A DNA stretch of 64,000 nucleotides from Andalucia godoyi And28 (taxonomy: Eukaryota > Protista > Jakobida), in the NCBI GenBank assembly GCA_009859145.1, contig VRVR01000006.1, positions 183,455 through 247,454 of the forward strand. The letters run 5' to 3'. Of this stretch, positions 21,101-30,230 are shown piece after piece (within the stretch, counting starts at the first letter, position 1; each line of letters starts with the position of its first letter). Made by a program: the position numbers and the translations under genes. The notes under the pieces are model-generated. The model was given only the letters and a program-made list of their open reading frames with translations, ran no database searches and was not told where the DNA came from.

Positions 21101-21265
21101 GTGCCTGTTAAAGGCACTCGTGGAGTTGTCGGTATGGTTATGGTACGTGACCGCAGGCCGGCTGAGCCTGAGGATATCTTGGAGGAGCACATGTCGGAAG
21201 CTGCACGACATGTAGCGCAAGAGGGACCGGAGGCTGCTCCTCCCGCGCCGTTCCAATTTCCTTGA
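18149..21265 (+). CDS. PSMD1: 26S proteasome regulatory subunit Rpn2
   Basis: LAALLAEP...QALR-type N-terminus, NGLMHAGT, NWNKFSAAASLGVIH-like (SYWNKFSAAASLGVIH), PC repeats, YNPHVRYGA, DPVDFVRQGA, LDAGGRNVT, and C-terminal NPARV and EAAPPAPFQF. ATG at 18149. Confidence 0.97.
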   Translation: MPPGSSMVYSSASASSVLALLAEPSIALQTQALRVLQEQASTLWAEASDQLPLIESLADDPAIPIETRRLASLVAAKVYFHLGATSDALDASLRSGELFRNAMVSSSAADSSRESTEFVSMVVGAAIDRYIAVRVKNWSQNAPSADQGSAADRALDVLIEDVFTQCYATGKLREALGIAVECRRLDHMEKAIKQAGSSSDADQKAGLLDFAEHAAMSYVSDLEFRAAVLRMLIRLHSSSLGRSSSSSSSSLSSANNNESEEMRLAASELAVARCLVALDDAPSLAETLFRLLSNGQTLVAFQVCFDVATVAKSHFVQELVQSLQKQDSSAESTVTSVGQNLKAALSILRGEANQELQRDFLTRQSHSDMSILNYMKTTLDTRNSISHGALIAANGLMHAGTGVDSFLRSNIDWMSRASYWNKFSAAASLGVIHAGAVKESETILEHFFASQEPYSYAGGLLARAFVGGASKIERIREALKNAIAIGGGMDSGALNMRGMDMMGMGGGGRERPSGPSSSTVIQHGACLAFGVAALRASSYTSSTNPASSSDGSSSTAVWEGMYDELRDIVYQDDAVAGEAAALAIGLSRAGTLPTGTDESVLSDMLTYARETQHEKIIRGIALGLACMCCGREAAADSIIEQLIADKDPILRAGAMQCLAAAYAGTGHSAAVRKALHIAVSDVSDDVRRAAVISLGFVLRVRASVLGDHTSKQADDRCPRLVSLLAQSYNPHVRYGATLAVGICCAGTALRAAIDLLKPLAEDPVDFVRQGAYIGLAMVLMQTNETREPFVAEFRDKIDRIVSDRHAPIMAKLGAILSAGFLDAGGRNVTLDATGGMRQTLGALIGCQQWFWYPYIHFFSLAFVPTHVTALNEKLQMPRMEIVSHAKPSQFAYPAVRVHKKEDDSLKKKMVVVELSTSSKHRQREKEKGKDKKEGAKAASQTVSGAAAAPAVPSEPTSERLQNPARVTAEQTALIEFPSGPEARYVPVKGTRGVVGMVMVRDRRPAEPEDILEEHMSEAARHVAQEGPEAAPPAPFQFP

Positions 21266-21472
21266 GAGAACATGCGATGCGGCGAAGGACCAGAAAAGAA
21301 GAAGAAGAAAGGGAAAAAAAAACACAGAGAGGGATGCAAACGCCCTCTTGTAAAAAATGCAGAAACGACACGAGTGTGTGTATGTCTGCTTTTTCTTTAT
21401 ATTAAAAAAAAAAGGTTTATTATTTATTATTACTTTTTATTGCTATCATTATTTGTTGGGTTGCCATCAAAG

Positions 21473-23383
21473 TCACGAGTCGAACAGCACAGAGATCAAC
21501 AGCAGGATCGCCAGCACGGCCAATGTAGAGCTGACTGAAAAGGCTGCATAGGAATTAACATCAATGGAGAATGGGTACAACACGTCGTCGGAAAGACGAG
21601 GCAAGATAGGTGGGGTCGACGGAACAACCAGTGACACGTCCGAGGCTTGGTCAACAAACGACACGACAGACCGGAATCGAACACCATAAGACGCAGTCGA
21701 TGACACTTCGGGAGGCCAGTACACAAGATCTGTAACATAGCTGACGGAAACACCCGTGATCAGTTCTTGCGGGTTGTCGAGCCGCCCGGCAAACGTGCGG
21801 GCAAATCGAACGCGTAGCCCAACGATCATTCCCTTGCACACCTTGTACGTATTGTCCCACGTTGGTGTGGCAGTAGGAGTTGCAGGCATGGAAACTTGGA
21901 TCCAATCGGACACATTGTTAGCATTGGCAGTACCGTATTTGGCAATATACCACTGTGAGAGGGAGGCAAGCTCCACTGGAACCGGCATTGTGGTGCACTC
22001 CGTGGACAAGGCAGCTTGGTTAGCGTACATTTTGGTGCATTGGATAATCATGTCACCCCCATAACCAACAGGAGTGTTTTCCTTGACGCACGCACCCGAC
22101 GAAGCGGGTCCCGTAATCAAAAAGCCGCGAGAATCTTCCGTGACTGCAGTCAATGATCCTGAAGTCGCGAGAACTCCTCCAAGAATCCGGTGACCAGGTT
22201 CGTAACCAGCATTACCAGACCGCACCCGAGACTGTGCAACAGCAGTGGAGGCCCGCAAGAATGATACCGACGTCTTTTGCGCCCACGCCCCACGCAGCGG
22301 ATTGACTGCATCGACAACAATACTGACCTGAACTCCCGTGATGACTCCGGCACCGTCATGCGACACAAGATAGGTGACTTCCGATACGATATTTTGGCAC
22401 ACAGACCCGCTGGACACGGGATCTACGAAGCTCGCCGCACTCGTCGAGACAGTCCACGAATATCCGGCGGAAGTGGAAGCAACGACCCACTCGTTTGTGG
22501 TGGGAGTCACGAACGACGACGCAGCAGACGCAAGGGTCACCGACGGATTCACACCAATTGCCAAGGTTGACGACGTCCACCAACTCTGTGCAAGAGTCGG
22601 CGCCGCTGCCACAAGCAATGCACATGTTGTTGTTGCAGTGCCGTCCCACTTCACCACACAGGACGTTCCTTGCTTCGAGGTAAGGTACCGTGCATACTGT
22701 GCGTTTGCGTTACAGAAACCATCCAGCCCGGGACCAGGAAGTCCGAAGAATCCGTTGGAGTAAGGCAAACTCGACCGAAATGCGACCAATGGAGATCCCA
22801 CAGAATACTGCGTAGAGGAACTTCCGGTGATGGTTGCCGCGGACTGATCCGCTTCTTCAAATGTAGAGGTCGTTGCAGACGCTGATCTACTATAAAGGTC
22901 ATTCACTTGCGTAGATGACAAGAACGTCGGTGCTGAATAGAACCAGCCTTTGGAAGGCGAGTTGTCGTATCGAATGCACAGCAATTCAGAAGCAGTGTCC
23001 TGCGCAGTAAATCCAGCGTTCTCAGGCAGGTTTGTCTCGTGAACAAGATCCTTTCGAATGCATGTACGGAGCGTCGATTCCGACGGACCTTCAGGCACAC
23101 AACCCGTAAACAGCGCCTTTTGCTGAGTGGAGCAGTCCAAGTCGCAGCAGCAGTTCGTGTCGCACTGCGTAAACGTCAGATCACATGCGCAGGCCCCGTA
23201 TGCGTCCACCTGGGTGTTCAGCGAGTCTGCCGGTGTCGCAGGAACAAGTGTGAAGTCAACTGTGTAGGTGCTGTACGTCGGGGTCGGAAGCGGGAGATAC
23301 TCCGTGACAATTTGAGAAGAGCAGAGTAACGAAGGCGATAGACAAACACAAACTACGAACCAGCAGAGAAATCTATATTCCAT
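21473..23383 (-). CDS. TCTN: Tectonic family ciliary transition-zone protein
   Basis: Hydrophobic signal peptide after MEYRF, Cys-rich CACDLTFTQCDTNCCCDLDC motif, RSGNAGY, and a C-terminal hydrophobic tail. Start codon is approximate (23383 or 23392). Confidence 0.9.
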   Translation of the reverse strand: MEYRFLCWFVVCVCLSPSLLCSSQIVTEYLPLPTPTYSTYTVDFTLVPATPADSLNTQVDAYGACACDLTFTQCDTNCCCDLDCSTQQKALFTGCVPEGPSESTLRTCIRKDLVHETNLPENAGFTAQDTASELLCIRYDNSPSKGWFYSAPTFLSSTQVNDLYSRSASATTSTFEEADQSAATITGSSSTQYSVGSPLVAFRSSLPYSNGFFGLPGPGLDGFCNANAQYARYLTSKQGTSCVVKWDGTATTTCALLVAAAPTLAQSWWTSSTLAIGVNPSVTLASAASSFVTPTTNEWVVASTSAGYSWTVSTSAASFVDPVSSGSVCQNIVSEVTYLVSHDGAGVITGVQVSIVVDAVNPLRGAWAQKTSVSFLRASTAVAQSRVRSGNAGYEPGHRILGGVLATSGSLTAVTEDSRGFLITGPASSGACVKENTPVGYGGDMIIQCTKMYANQAALSTECTTMPVPVELASLSQWYIAKYGTANANNVSDWIQVSMPATPTATPTWDNTYKVCKGMIVGLRVRFARTFAGRLDNPQELITGVSVSYVTDLVYWPPEVSSTASYGVRFRSVVSFVDQASDVSLVVPSTPPILPRLSDDVLYPFSIDVNSYAAFSVSSTLAVLAILLLISVLFDS

Positions 23384-23869
23384 TCTTTTCATCGTCGTCG
23401 TCATCATCACCATCTTCATCATCTTCTTCTTCTTCTTTTCTTCCTCGTTTGATCCCTATTCTCCCGCCTATTTTCAGCGTTCGACAGAAGTATCAATGTG
23501 ATTGCTATCGCCGAGGTGAGGGGGAAAACGGAAAGCGAAAACTAATATTATTGTTTTAATTGTTAAAATAATTTAACTTGAAATAATATTCTTCAAACGC
23601 TGTGAAATCGTTAAAACGAATGTGTGTCTTTTAAATGAAATGCATTAGAGCATTTTTGCTTGAAAGAGGAAAATCCGGCGGGCAAAGGCTTCCCCCTCTC
23701 CATCTTCCATCAATTGATGCAGCGAGAGCTTTCGCAAGCGGGCATCCCGCCCAAAAAGCACGTTTCGATGATGTAATGCTTTCTATTCTCTTTTTGAAGT
23801 TTGCATCTCTCAACAACGGCTCGGTTTGATTGTCAGGGTTGAGCGGTTTATTTATTACTTGTTGGAGGA

Positions 23870-24082
23870 ATGGAGGGTTCTGCGTCTTCGAGCGATCTAC
23901 ACATCCGCCAACAGAAGCTTCTTATCGAAAGAATTACAAAGTCTGTGTCGGGTCTCTGTGATGTTTTGGAAGCTGTCAACGACGAGTTTCGTCACTCGAG
24001 ATCCACAGCCGCTGACATCCACTTGGTCAGCGACATTCTATCACGCTACGGTGCTCTTGTGCAATCGACGTGCAAATCGTAG
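23870..24082 (+). CDS. DAD4: DASH/Dam1 kinetochore complex subunit Dad4-like
   Basis: 70-aa ATG ORF. The pattern H..QQ.LL.ERI.KSV..L...LEAVN..F.......DIHLV..I...Y matches the size and residue pattern I recall for Dad4 (HEEQQ..LLSRI..NV..LN....ELN..L.......IELV.QM..NY). Confidence 0.68.
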   Translation: MEGSASSSDLHIRQQKLLIERITKSVSGLCDVLEAVNDEFRHSRSTAADIHLVSDILSRYGALVQSTCKS

Positions 24083-24479
24083 CTGTTCCATGCTTTTTCA
24101 GTGCATGCTTACGACTTACCGATGTACATAATGATTTTTTTATAGTACACATGATCAAGAGACTGTTGCAATGCTGCTGTGAGGTTGCCTTCTCTTCTGA
24201 ATCTCAGTGGCTTTTATTCGCGACGTTCTCTTGCTCCTGTATCCCCGCTTTTCCAACGTAAGTGAAAATGAAATCCATCTCGCTCGCCATCTTGTGGAAC
24301 ACTTCAGCTCGACACATGCGCTACTCGTCTGTTTCTTTTTCCTCTTCTTGATTTCTTTTCTTTTTTTTATTTATTTTTTAAATTAAAATTTTAATGTTAA
24401 AAATTTGTCCTTCTGTGGGGTGGCTTTCGATGGACAGAAGACAGCTGTGGGCTTTGAGAGTCGGTGCAAAAAGATACAG

Positions 24480-24760
24480 ACGGATGTGCTGCGGTATATC
24501 ACAGAACGCCCTACATTGCACGCTGAGAATGCATGATCATTGCTAATCATGCCTACTCAAAATCCCATCCACCGTCGAAGAGTGATGCGTTGCGGCAAGG
24601 AGGGGAATATGCGGATTTTGACGGCTCTTCCGACCGTCAGCTTTGGTAGACGGCTTTTTTCCCTCCTCTTCTTCTTCTTCTGGAATATCCCACTGATTGT
24701 CCGCGTCTGTTTTTGGTTTTGGTTGGATGACAGGCGTCGGAGGAGGGAGAACCAAGCAAT
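24480..24760 (-). pseudogene. 5' fragment of a second Fanzor/TnpB, directly downstream of the IS607 TnpA
   Basis: A Pro/acidic leader (VLPPPTPVIQPKPK...EEEEEE), then after a frameshift AVKIRIFPSLPQRITLRRWMG (24557-24625), the TnpB/Fanzor 'KIR.YP...Q...L..W.G' motif. A possible further scrap FCDIPQHIR lies near 24480-24506. Confidence 0.75.
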
Positions 24761-24794
24761 TTGGAGCACCAGACTGGATGTGCCAGGATGAGTC

Positions 24795-25182
24795 TCAATC
24801 GGCCACCACGACAGCGCCGATCTCTCTGCGACAGACGCGCGCTCCAGAAGGGCCGTAAAAACCTCGGCGGTGGAAGTTGAGCTCGGACCCGGTATCACAA
24901 AGGAGTTCAGCATTGGGGTAATTTGTGCGGAGGTCGTTAATCTGCCATTAGAGGTCTTTTTCCTGATGCAACGAGAAGACACGAGCGTAAAGGACGATTT
25001 GCTTCTCTTTCTGCCGATGGCCTAGGAGACCGATGATGGCTTGGATATCGTCTTTGATGTGGTAGACATGATGCGAACCTGTCTGGAGGGCGCGGATGCG
25101 ACCCGCGGCGGCCCCGTTTCGTAAGTCTGAGATGCAGATGTCATAAGTCTTATGCACAGCAGACGGGCGAAGAAATATTCAT
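24795..25182 (-). pseudogene. tnpA: IS607-family TnpA serine recombinase pseudogene
   Basis: MerR-like HTH (KTYDICISDLRNGAAAGRIRAL...HHVYHI), IVLYARVFSLHQEKDL*WQINDLRTNYP, DTGSELNFHRRGF, then via compensating +1/+2 insertions TALLER-VCRREIGAVVVAD*D. This matches IS607 TnpA 'YARVSS..QK.DL.RQ...L...YP.....D.GSGLNF.R.G...LL..V....I..VVVA..DRL'. Stops at 24948-24950 and 24795-24797; the catalytic Ser codon reads TTC (Phe, 24975-24977). Confidence 0.9.
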
Positions 25183-25407
25183 AAGCCAAGAAAAAAGAGA
25201 AAATGAAAACAACAACTTGGTACTTTGCATTGGAAAGAGGAGCCTTTTTGCGCAGCAGAAAAGCAGTGTTTGTTGTTGCTATTTTTCTTTCACATTTTTT
25301 AATATTAAAAACCTGCAATAACTTCTCGTGTAATTAACTTCCTTTTTATTGTTGTTTGGTTTTGTCATTTATTTTTTTAATTTTTTTTTTGAGGGTCCAG
25401 AGTTAGA

Positions 25408-27717
25408 ATGTCTGGGATATCGGATGCTCTTCATTATGCTCAGACTCGGGACGTGCAGACGGAGAATCTGGAAGCATTTGCACGACAGCGAGATGTTCAT
25501 CAGCATCGAAAGCAGGAATCCGCGTTGCGAGATGCACTCGATTGGACAGCGAATACATTCGTCGATCTGCAGAGTGCGGAAGAATGGGTTGGAAGATTCA
25601 ACAGGCTGCAAGAATGGAGGAGTCTCTCACACCAGTTTCTGGGAAGAACGGAAATGGAGTGGCTGTCTTGGATAGACGACTTGCAAGTCGCTCTCACAGT
25701 TCTTTTGCATCAGTCGTTTGCGCAACTAAATGTCGTTGTTCTTAATCTGAAGCAGGCATTGGTCAAGACGTGTGCGTATGCGGTGTGTGAGATTACGTCA
25801 ACGAGGCTCTGGACGAAGCGGATTCAATGCGTGAGCGAACTTGGTTTGGATGTGCGGGATCTCAGCACGTTTGAGATTGTCGCTTTTGACAGAGATGCAC
25901 AGCAGCGGGACCTTCAGAACCGCGTGATTCATTTGTATGAAGAGAGCATTCACTGGTGCGGAAGCTTTTTTCAAGGCGGATGGGAGCTGTGGATGGACTA
26001 CTTGCAGTTCAGCATGACCCTGTTCGCGAACGATCCGTCACCTGCGCGCGGCGTGGCTGGGGAGTGGAGCCAGCGGGACAGTGTGCTGAGCCTGCTGTTT
26101 CGTATTGCGTCCATTCCTCTTCACGGAGCGGACAATGCAAATTTCGATACCACAGAAAGTACGCAGGATGCAGAATGTCAGTTTTTGAGCGCTGTCCTGG
26201 AAGACCACCTCGACACGCACTACAAAGATGTCGTCAGCACAGAGGATCGGGAGGCGTGCATCCGATCATTTTCATCTGTTATGGAGAGCACTTTTGCTTT
26301 GAAGCGCAAACGAAGAAGATTTGAGAGGAACATCCGCGAGTATGCTGCGCTTTCAAAAAATCTAGAAGCGGATGAGACCGTGGCGGGATGGTTTGCTACA
26401 CTGTGTCGCACGGAAAGAGATACTAAAAACTGGGACCGATTGAAAACCGTCATGGAGAGGGCGGTGTCCGTCTGTCCTCGAGTGCCTTCTCTTTGGATGC
26501 TTTATGTGAATTCCCTTGCGGCCTCTGTCAAGGAGCATTCACCGGCATTGCTAGCGGAGGCCATTAGCGTGAGTACTCGCAGCATTCTTTTCTGCTGCGG
26601 GGAAATGGATCTGTGGGTTTCTCGGCTCAGGTTAATGGAAGAACTTACGAGAAGCGCGGACGTTGAAGAACATTTGCAGACGTGCTTGCAGTGCTTGCAG
26701 AGTGCGATTGAGTGTTATGCGTCCAATCCGAAGCCTCTCCTAAAGCTGTTTGAGGAATTTTCCAGTCTTCTGTGTCGAGTACGTTTGCGATGCATTGCAT
26801 CGAACGACCATGCGAGCGTGTCCAGAGTGGCCAACGCTGCACTGTATCTATTTCGACTGGCTCTTACTCAGTTCGTCGAGCCAGATCCTCCCGTAGACGT
26901 GGAATGTCGCACGACGTTCCGCATTGGCCGGGACATCCTGCAGCTCTTTGGATGCGATCTGCACGTCTTGTCAGATCTCATTGACCACTACTGTATCCGG
27001 CATCAGCACTTCCGATTCGTAGACGATGCTGGATTTTGGCTATCCTATGCCGAAATGCTCTCTACATCTTCCCATTATGATGCTTCTCAGCAGGTGCTGA
27101 AGAGGGGACTGTTCTCCGTGTTCGGGTCGGAAGACGCGCACCGATTGTCAGCAGCGTGGTTGGAAAGCGCTCAACGCGCACTTGTTGATCCGCTTGAGAT
27201 TATTCACCAGCAGCAGATTGTATCGGACCGCTTGCAGCAAATTACGAACATGAAGCGCAAACGCGATCGAGAGCGCATCGGGGATGCTGATGACGTGCTT
27301 GGGAAGAAGCAACGGAGAACCGATCCTGCTCCGGAAGTCGAGCAACTGGCAGCGGTAGAAAATGGCGGTCGAGATCCTGTCCATGAAGCGCACTGGACGG
27401 AATTGGTGGAAACAGACACGCTTTTCATCTCTAACCTTCCCGAAGTTGTGGCCGATGACGACATCTGTCGCATTCTTGGTTATCTAAAGAGCGACATACA
27501 AGAAATTCGGATTGTGCGGGATAGGTTCAAGCCTCATTTTCCATGTCGTGGTTTTGCGTATGTACAGATGAAGACTCCAAAGGATGCGTCTGTTGCTACT
27601 CGAAAATTTCACAAGAAGATATACAACGGCAGGCAGGTTTATATCCGTCTTTCCAATGAACCGCTGAAGGTCGTCGTGCCGCCCCCAAGCGCCGTTCACG
27701 ACGCCCGGCAGGAGTAA
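25408..27717 (+). CDS. SART3: SART3/Prp24-like U4/U6 recycling factor (HAT repeats plus RRM)
   Basis: HAT-repeat signatures (ELWMDYLQF, VMERAVSVCP...LWMLY, FWLSYAEM), a basic NLS (KRKRDRER), and a C-terminal RRM (TLFISNLP, RGFAYVQM). Confidence 0.85.
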   Translation: MSGISDALHYAQTRDVQTENLEAFARQRDVHQHRKQESALRDALDWTANTFVDLQSAEEWVGRFNRLQEWRSLSHQFLGRTEMEWLSWIDDLQVALTVLLHQSFAQLNVVVLNLKQALVKTCAYAVCEITSTRLWTKRIQCVSELGLDVRDLSTFEIVAFDRDAQQRDLQNRVIHLYEESIHWCGSFFQGGWELWMDYLQFSMTLFANDPSPARGVAGEWSQRDSVLSLLFRIASIPLHGADNANFDTTESTQDAECQFLSAVLEDHLDTHYKDVVSTEDREACIRSFSSVMESTFALKRKRRRFERNIREYAALSKNLEADETVAGWFATLCRTERDTKNWDRLKTVMERAVSVCPRVPSLWMLYVNSLAASVKEHSPALLAEAISVSTRSILFCCGEMDLWVSRLRLMEELTRSADVEEHLQTCLQCLQSAIECYASNPKPLLKLFEEFSSLLCRVRLRCIASNDHASVSRVANAALYLFRLALTQFVEPDPPVDVECRTTFRIGRDILQLFGCDLHVLSDLIDHYCIRHQHFRFVDDAGFWLSYAEMLSTSSHYDASQQVLKRGLFSVFGSEDAHRLSAAWLESAQRALVDPLEIIHQQQIVSDRLQQITNMKRKRDRERIGDADDVLGKKQRRTDPAPEVEQLAAVENGGRDPVHEAHWTELVETDTLFISNLPEVVADDDICRILGYLKSDIQEIRIVRDRFKPHFPCRGFAYVQMKTPKDASVATRKFHKKIYNGRQVYIRLSNEPLKVVVPPPSAVHDARQE

Positions 27718-27854
27718 AGAAGATCAAAATGCTTTTTCCCGTGCTCCGCGAGAGCATGCAATCGCTCAGCGTCGCAGGTAGTTTCGTTTTATTGGTATAT
27801 GCGAAAACAATTTAATTTCTTAAATTTTAAAAGAGGATGCAATGACTTTGTTTT

Positions 27855-29783
27855 TTATCGATGAACCTGGATGTCCTCCATTCCAACTCCTTCTAACCTC
27901 AGACCATGTTCATTGGCCAAATGCAGTAGACAAATAAAACGTAGTGCAATCGATTCGTTTGGAGAAAAGCTTGTCTGCGGAAGATCGGAAAACAAAAGGT
28001 CTTCCTTCTTGGAGACAGATTTCCAAATCTTTTCTTTCAGAGACTTGACGTCCACGACGCGTGCAGTTGTGTCAAACGTGACGGATTCCACCTGAACAGA
28101 TTCTGGAACAGGGACGAGGGAGTCGTCGACGGCGTCCATGTCCTTGAGCGGCAGGTCAGACTGTGGCTCTTCATTTTGGAGAGGAGAAGAAAAACTCGAT
28201 GCAGACGCTGGAACGGCAAAATCGTCGTCCATTCCAAATCCTTCCGCGTCAACATCGGAGCCTTCGTCCTCCAGCGCAATGGCACCATGCGATCCCCCTT
28301 GTACTGAAAGTTGCTGTCGAGAATGCAGAGACAATTTCGGCTTCAAGAACAAGCGCGTAAGCGACTCGTCCTCGAAATCGGACTTTTCTGGAAGCAACAG
28401 CAGCTCTTCTGCGAAGGAGGCGAGCAGCGTCTTCGCACTCCGCGGTTGAGAGAACATTTTTTGGAGCTCGGCCTGGGAGACTGAAACCGAAAAATCAATA
28501 CAGTACTTCTTTTTCAGTTTTTTCGGTTTCGGAACGTCGGTTTTAGGCGCTTCCATGCCTTCCCTTTCACCTCTTTGAGCAGCAGCACGCTGGCTGCGAC
28601 GGAACTTCCAATGCTGGTCACTTTTGGATCCCATGAACGAAAAAACGACATTCATTGGATCCTCTGCGCTTCCTGCATTGTCTGCTGGTACGGAATCGCC
28701 CGATGCTCCAAACCCAAGTTCTTCGTCTCCGTAACTTTGTCCTCGCCCGTCCCTGTCATCGTTCATGCCGACAACTGCTTCTTCATTGTCTTCATGATCT
28801 GAGGCCACGCTCGCAACGTCGTCTTCAAATCCAAATTCTGGTGCAGCAATGAGTTTCGGTTCGGTATCTACGCCAGTGATTACGGAGTCCGAACCACCAT
28901 GAGCTGTCGACGGTGCGAAAACAGGGGACTTCGAGTCGGAACTTCGCGGGTCCTCGACGGCTGCATCATCCTCATCACGACTGGCTGTTGACATTTTGGG
29001 GTGTCGCACTGCAACGTTCTGTGAGCCGTGAAAGTCCCCTGTTGACGCGAAATTCGGATTCCTGTCAAAAAACAACGTCGATGAATCAAACATAACGGTA
29101 CCAGAGTGCGTCATCGGCAGGTTGACAAGCAGCATTCCATGAGCCCCGGCAGCATCAAACATCTTGGACATTCTCGCAAACAACGGATCGACATCGAACG
29201 ACGACTCGACCTTTTTCAAATTCAGGGCGCCAAACGATTCTTCCAGCGTATCTGTGAAGGACATCTTTGCTCTTTTCTTTGGTCTTTGTGACTCCCCTCC
29301 TTCCTCATCATCCGAATGGCTTGCGCCCGGCTTGGATTTCTCATTGGCGTCGTCGTCACTTTCGTCTTCGCCATTCTCATCGTACCCGCTTTTTGACCTT
29401 GACAATCCTGACAGCAGCTTGCACGTCTGGTTGTGCACAGAGTCTACGCGGTGCGAGTATATCTTTACCGACGCATCGAGCGTGGCACTCGCAATGTTGA
29501 AGTCACCGCTGTTGACTGTGGACGAAATCACGTCCTCGATATAGTCCACGAGTGATAACTGCCATGCGTTCTTCGAGGTGATCTTGTCTTCAGTCGAAAG
29601 CTTAACACAATCTGAATAAATCTTTGATACTTCGACACTCGGCATCTTGGATGTCTGCTGGGAACCAGCAGACGAAGCAGTGCGAAGCTTTGTTGGCGGA
29701 GAATTCATCAGCTCTTTCACATCGTCATTTTCTTCAAGAATCACTTCTTGCGAAACTGACGAAATCCGATGCTTACTCTTCAT
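27855..29783 (-). CDS. NCAPH: Condensin I kleisin CAP-H (Barren/Cnd2)
   Basis: CVKLSTEDKITSKNAWQLSLVDY, ASATLDASVKIYSHRVDSV, FDVDPLF, and C-terminal FICLLHLANEHGLRL. Confidence 0.96.
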   Translation of the reverse strand: MKSKHRISSVSQEVILEENDDVKELMNSPPTKLRTASSAGSQQTSKMPSVEVSKIYSDCVKLSTEDKITSKNAWQLSLVDYIEDVISSTVNSGDFNIASATLDASVKIYSHRVDSVHNQTCKLLSGLSRSKSGYDENGEDESDDDANEKSKPGASHSDDEEGGESQRPKKRAKMSFTDTLEESFGALNLKKVESSFDVDPLFARMSKMFDAAGAHGMLLVNLPMTHSGTVMFDSSTLFFDRNPNFASTGDFHGSQNVAVRHPKMSTASRDEDDAAVEDPRSSDSKSPVFAPSTAHGGSDSVITGVDTEPKLIAAPEFGFEDDVASVASDHEDNEEAVVGMNDDRDGRGQSYGDEELGFGASGDSVPADNAGSAEDPMNVVFSFMGSKSDQHWKFRRSQRAAAQRGEREGMEAPKTDVPKPKKLKKKYCIDFSVSVSQAELQKMFSQPRSAKTLLASFAEELLLLPEKSDFEDESLTRLFLKPKLSLHSRQQLSVQGGSHGAIALEDEGSDVDAEGFGMDDDFAVPASASSFSSPLQNEEPQSDLPLKDMDAVDDSLVPVPESVQVESVTFDTTARVVDVKSLKEKIWKSVSKKEDLLFSDLPQTSFSPNESIALRFICLLHLANEHGLRLEGVGMEDIQVHR

Positions 29784-30230
29784 TCTTTTGACAACAACAG
29801 CACCAGCACCACGCTATATGAGAATAAAAATGAGCGACGCAAATACCGGAGGAAACAATAGTAAATCGTTGTCAGAGAAAACACAATATGGCGGCGGCAA
29901 CGGGGGGTGGTTAACGGTGAACCTGGAATTTTGGATTCCCCGAATTGAGAGCGGGATGCTTGCGCTAAGCATCAACTCGGCAAAAGCTCCGCAGTCCACT
30001 ACAGTACGCAACGAATATACTGAATCGTCGATTTTCCTGCCAAAAACAAAGCGAAAAACAAAGTGCAAAGCATACATATATATGTAAGATAATCAGCCTT
30101 TTTTCATTTTGAGAAAGAACAATACAATATGGGCTTACTTGTACATGTATATGAGAAGAGAGTAGAGTGAACACAGTGATTGCGAAAGTGTTTGTGGTGA
30201 CACGGGCAGATGTTTTGACGTTGACAAAGG

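Noticed and set aside
19805-21325. 506-aa antisense ORF inside PSMD1, and similar long antisense ORFs such as 3113-3985
   Set aside because: No recognisable domains. Long antisense frames are expected opposite GC-rich coding sequence.
25183-25300. AACAACAAC / GTTGTTG inverted pair upstream of tnpA as an IS607 left end
   Set aside because: The match is short, imperfect and low-complexity. Element ends cannot be defined without other copies.
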